Assembly: GCA_010356995.1 (NCBI GenBank)
Contig: ML996694.1
Span: 557,224-621,223, forward strand
Length of the DNA stretch: 64,000 nt
Direction: 5' to 3'
Source of the DNA: Trichodelitschia bisporula
Lineage: Eukaryota
Made by a program: the position numbers and the translations under genes. Below are positions 61,801 through 64,000 of this stretch, one piece after another. Below the pieces are notes generated by a model. The model was not told the origin of the DNA, did no database searches, and was given only the letters and a program-made list of their open reading frames with translations. Position 1 is the stretch's first letter; every line of letters starts with the position of its first letter.

Positions 61801-63153
61801 ATGTCGAATGGCACCGTGACCGCCATCACAATGCCAATGTACCACGAAGACCGGCTCTCCGCTTCGGGGCTCTCCGCCTCGCCGCGCCATCAAACCTCCC
61901 AAATCGCAAAGACATACCGCCAAGCCGCGCAGCTCTTCCTGACGCGTCGCCTGCCCGAGGCGCTGTCTACCATTGAGCCTGTTATTACCCCGCCGGCAGT
62001 CGACGATGATGCTGCCACTGTTACTCCTAGCACCGCCGACCTGACACCCAGCAACAAGAGCCTCGCGCCCATCGCGGCGGCATCACGCGGCACCCGTGTC
62101 AAGGTCTGGAGCTTTTACCTCACCTTTTTGAATGCTGTTATTGAGCTCGGGCCCGAGGAAGGGAAACACGCGTTTGGCAGCACGAAGTGGAAGGCGCTGG
62201 TCAACAAGGCGCGCGATGGGAGCGTGTGGGAGGATATCGTACGAGATGGGTATTATGGTCAGGAAGGCAACGTGGACGCTGATGTGGTGATCAACCTGTA
62301 TGTGCAGCTTCACTTCATTTTCGCATTGGGTCACGATGCTAATTGTCCGCCCAGAGCAACTCTCCTCCTCACCCACTCTCCCTCGCAGAAACTCAACCAG
62401 ACCCGCCTAGAAAACTACCTCGCTGCCGTAGCCAACCCCTCCTTCGACATAACCAGTCACCTCTCCAACCCCCGCCTGCGCCGCACCGCCTCAACCCCCG
62501 GAACCAACACGCCGCGCGATCTGCAAACGAATCTCAAGCTTCTAGAGCTGTACACGCTGCACGTCCTCCCCCGCAACCAAGAATGGGACTACGCCCGCGA
62601 ATTCATAATGATGAGCGAACTCCTCGACGACGAGCGCAAAGAAGCCTTCCTCCAAGCCTTACACGGGCTTAAAGAGGAACAAGCCCACGCCGCACTCCGC
62701 GAGAAGGAGCTCCAGCGCCAACAGGATGCGCAGCTCGAGGCCCAGCGCCGCCGTGCCGAGGAGGAGCGTCGCGCTGCCGCCCGTGCGGCTGAAGACGAGG
62801 CTCGTCGGCGCGAGGAGGCGAGGCGCGCGGCGCAGCGCCCGCCTGATGCGGAGCCAGCCCGAACTAGTCCGGCGAAATCGTCGCGCAAGAAGGAAGTTGC
62901 GCGCAGACCGCCGGCGAGTATGTACACCAGGGCTACCGCGTTGTGGAGTGGGCTGGCGGATGCGCTGTTTGGTGCTGCTCGTGGGGTGAGAGCGAACCCG
63001 CTCGCTATGCTCAGGACATTGCTCGTGCTTCTTGCTTTTGCGCTCGCGTTTGGACGACGGGATGTTAGAGAACGGGTGAGGCGGATTATCAGGCGGGGAT
63101 GGGAGAAGGTGCGTGGGACAGTGGGGATGGGGGTTAAGGTTTCGTATATTTAG
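61801..63153 (+). CDS. PEX26: Peroxin Pex26 (tail-anchored)
   Basis: KTYRQAAQLFLTRRLPEAL, LELYTLHVLPRNQEWDYAREFI, C-terminal TM segment then GTVGMGVKVSYI; intron 62298-62354. Confidence 0.92.
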   Translation: MSNGTVTAITMPMYHEDRLSASGLSASPRHQTSQIAKTYRQAAQLFLTRRLPEALSTIEPVITPPAVDDDAATVTPSTADLTPSNKSLAPIAAASRGTRVKVWSFYLTFLNAVIELGPEEGKHAFGSTKWKALVNKARDGSVWEDIVRDGYYGQEGNVDADVVINLYVQLHFIFALGHDANCPPRATLLLTHSPSQKLNQTRLENYLAAVANPSFDITSHLSNPRLRRTASTPGTNTPRDLQTNLKLLELYTLHVLPRNQEWDYAREFIMMSELLDDERKEAFLQALHGLKEEQAHAALREKELQRQQDAQLEAQRRRAEEERRAAARAAEDEARRREEARRAAQRPPDAEPARTSPAKSSRKKEVARRPPASMYTRATALWSGLADALFGAARGVRANPLAMLRTLLVLLAFALAFGRRDVRERVRRIIRRGWEKVRGTVGMGVKVSYI

Positions 63154-63972
63154 GCTTGATGGGCTGTTGGTTTACTGTGTCTTCGCTGCTTTTTGCGGTG
63201 GGCAGGGAGCCGGTGACGTTGACGAGAGAAATTGGTTCATGTTGCATGCATAGTTATGGGCGTAGGTGTGTTTTGCTTGCATTCGTCTATATTGCGGATG
63301 GGGAGGTTGGAGTTGGCTTCTGACCGAGGGGCGGTGTACGACTACGCAGCTAGGTAGAGCTTGGATAACTGAACTGCTTAATTATCGCTTTAACTGTACC
63401 GTTTGTTTCAATGCCTAACATGGAATGCGCGACGACCCTTATCGCAGCTGTTTTCGCACTGTGGTGCTCAATTGACGTTGGCTGCATGGCCCAGTGCCGT
63501 CGCTTCTCGTTTCCCGCGCGCCTGTGCCCCATCGCGCATTGCCGAATCTGTTCTTGCGACCCATAAGCCCGTTGCGCTAAGAGCAATTTTTCGGAGGAAC
63601 GTGGTGGGTTGGCTTCGAGGTCAATCTCGGGGATATTGGGGAGGCGCGGAGAAGGGCGGGTAATTTTGCAGACTAGCATTTGGAGCGGAACGGCCGATGA
63701 AGGTAGAGGATATGCGAGTGCCAATGGATGGCAACTGAGGCGGGTAAGCATCAATTGTTCACAGAGTTTCAATGGCAGAGAGGCATCAGACGATCCATTC
63801 CATCAATTCTATGGCAGACCCCCGGAGACAGACATATAATTACAATCGATCCACTGCCGCCTCTCATCACCCACGCGCACGCCCCACCGTAGACTTTTCC
63901 CCATCCGGCGAAACGCACCCGCAAGACCAAATGCAATCATACTCCCTCGCCGACAAAATGACGGTTCGCCAT

Positions 63973-64000
63973 TTAGATGACGTAGAGCAGGAGGAAGGAC
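63973..64000 (-). CDS. Possible 3' end of a gene extending beyond the window (hydrophobic C-terminus SFLLLYVI*)
   Basis: Only 8 codons plus TAA are visible. Confidence 0.25.

Overview
Gene-dense, intron-containing genomic DNA from a filamentous ascomycete (GT..AG introns with CTRAC-type branch points; a Dothideomycete is plausible but not demonstrable here). About 22 recognisable or probable protein genes: cyclase-family hydrolase, Zn2Cys6 transcription factor, ATG3, DGAT1-type MBOAT, PFS2, MAPEG GST, ETF-beta, a very large USP34-like deubiquitinase, RDS3, pinin, PUS1, PEX8, TMEM170, a PTS1-bearing epoxide hydrolase, a polyol dehydrogenase, CSN6, TAZ1, a PARN-like CAF1 nuclease, PEX26, plus orphans and small secreted candidates. 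There are two assembly gaps and no intact mobile element, tRNA or rRNA. The most interesting signals are non-coding RNA structure: (1) a ~335-nt, multi-hairpin H/ACA-like ncRNA candidate with its own TATA box at ~18210-18545; (2) a 378-nt, heavily base-paired first intron of the epoxide hydrolase in which one segment has several mutually exclusive partners, with further hairpin introns in the same gene; (3) a three-hairpin element upstream of the polyol dehydrogenase. All pairings were derived by eye and all homology calls come from motif recognition, not database searches.
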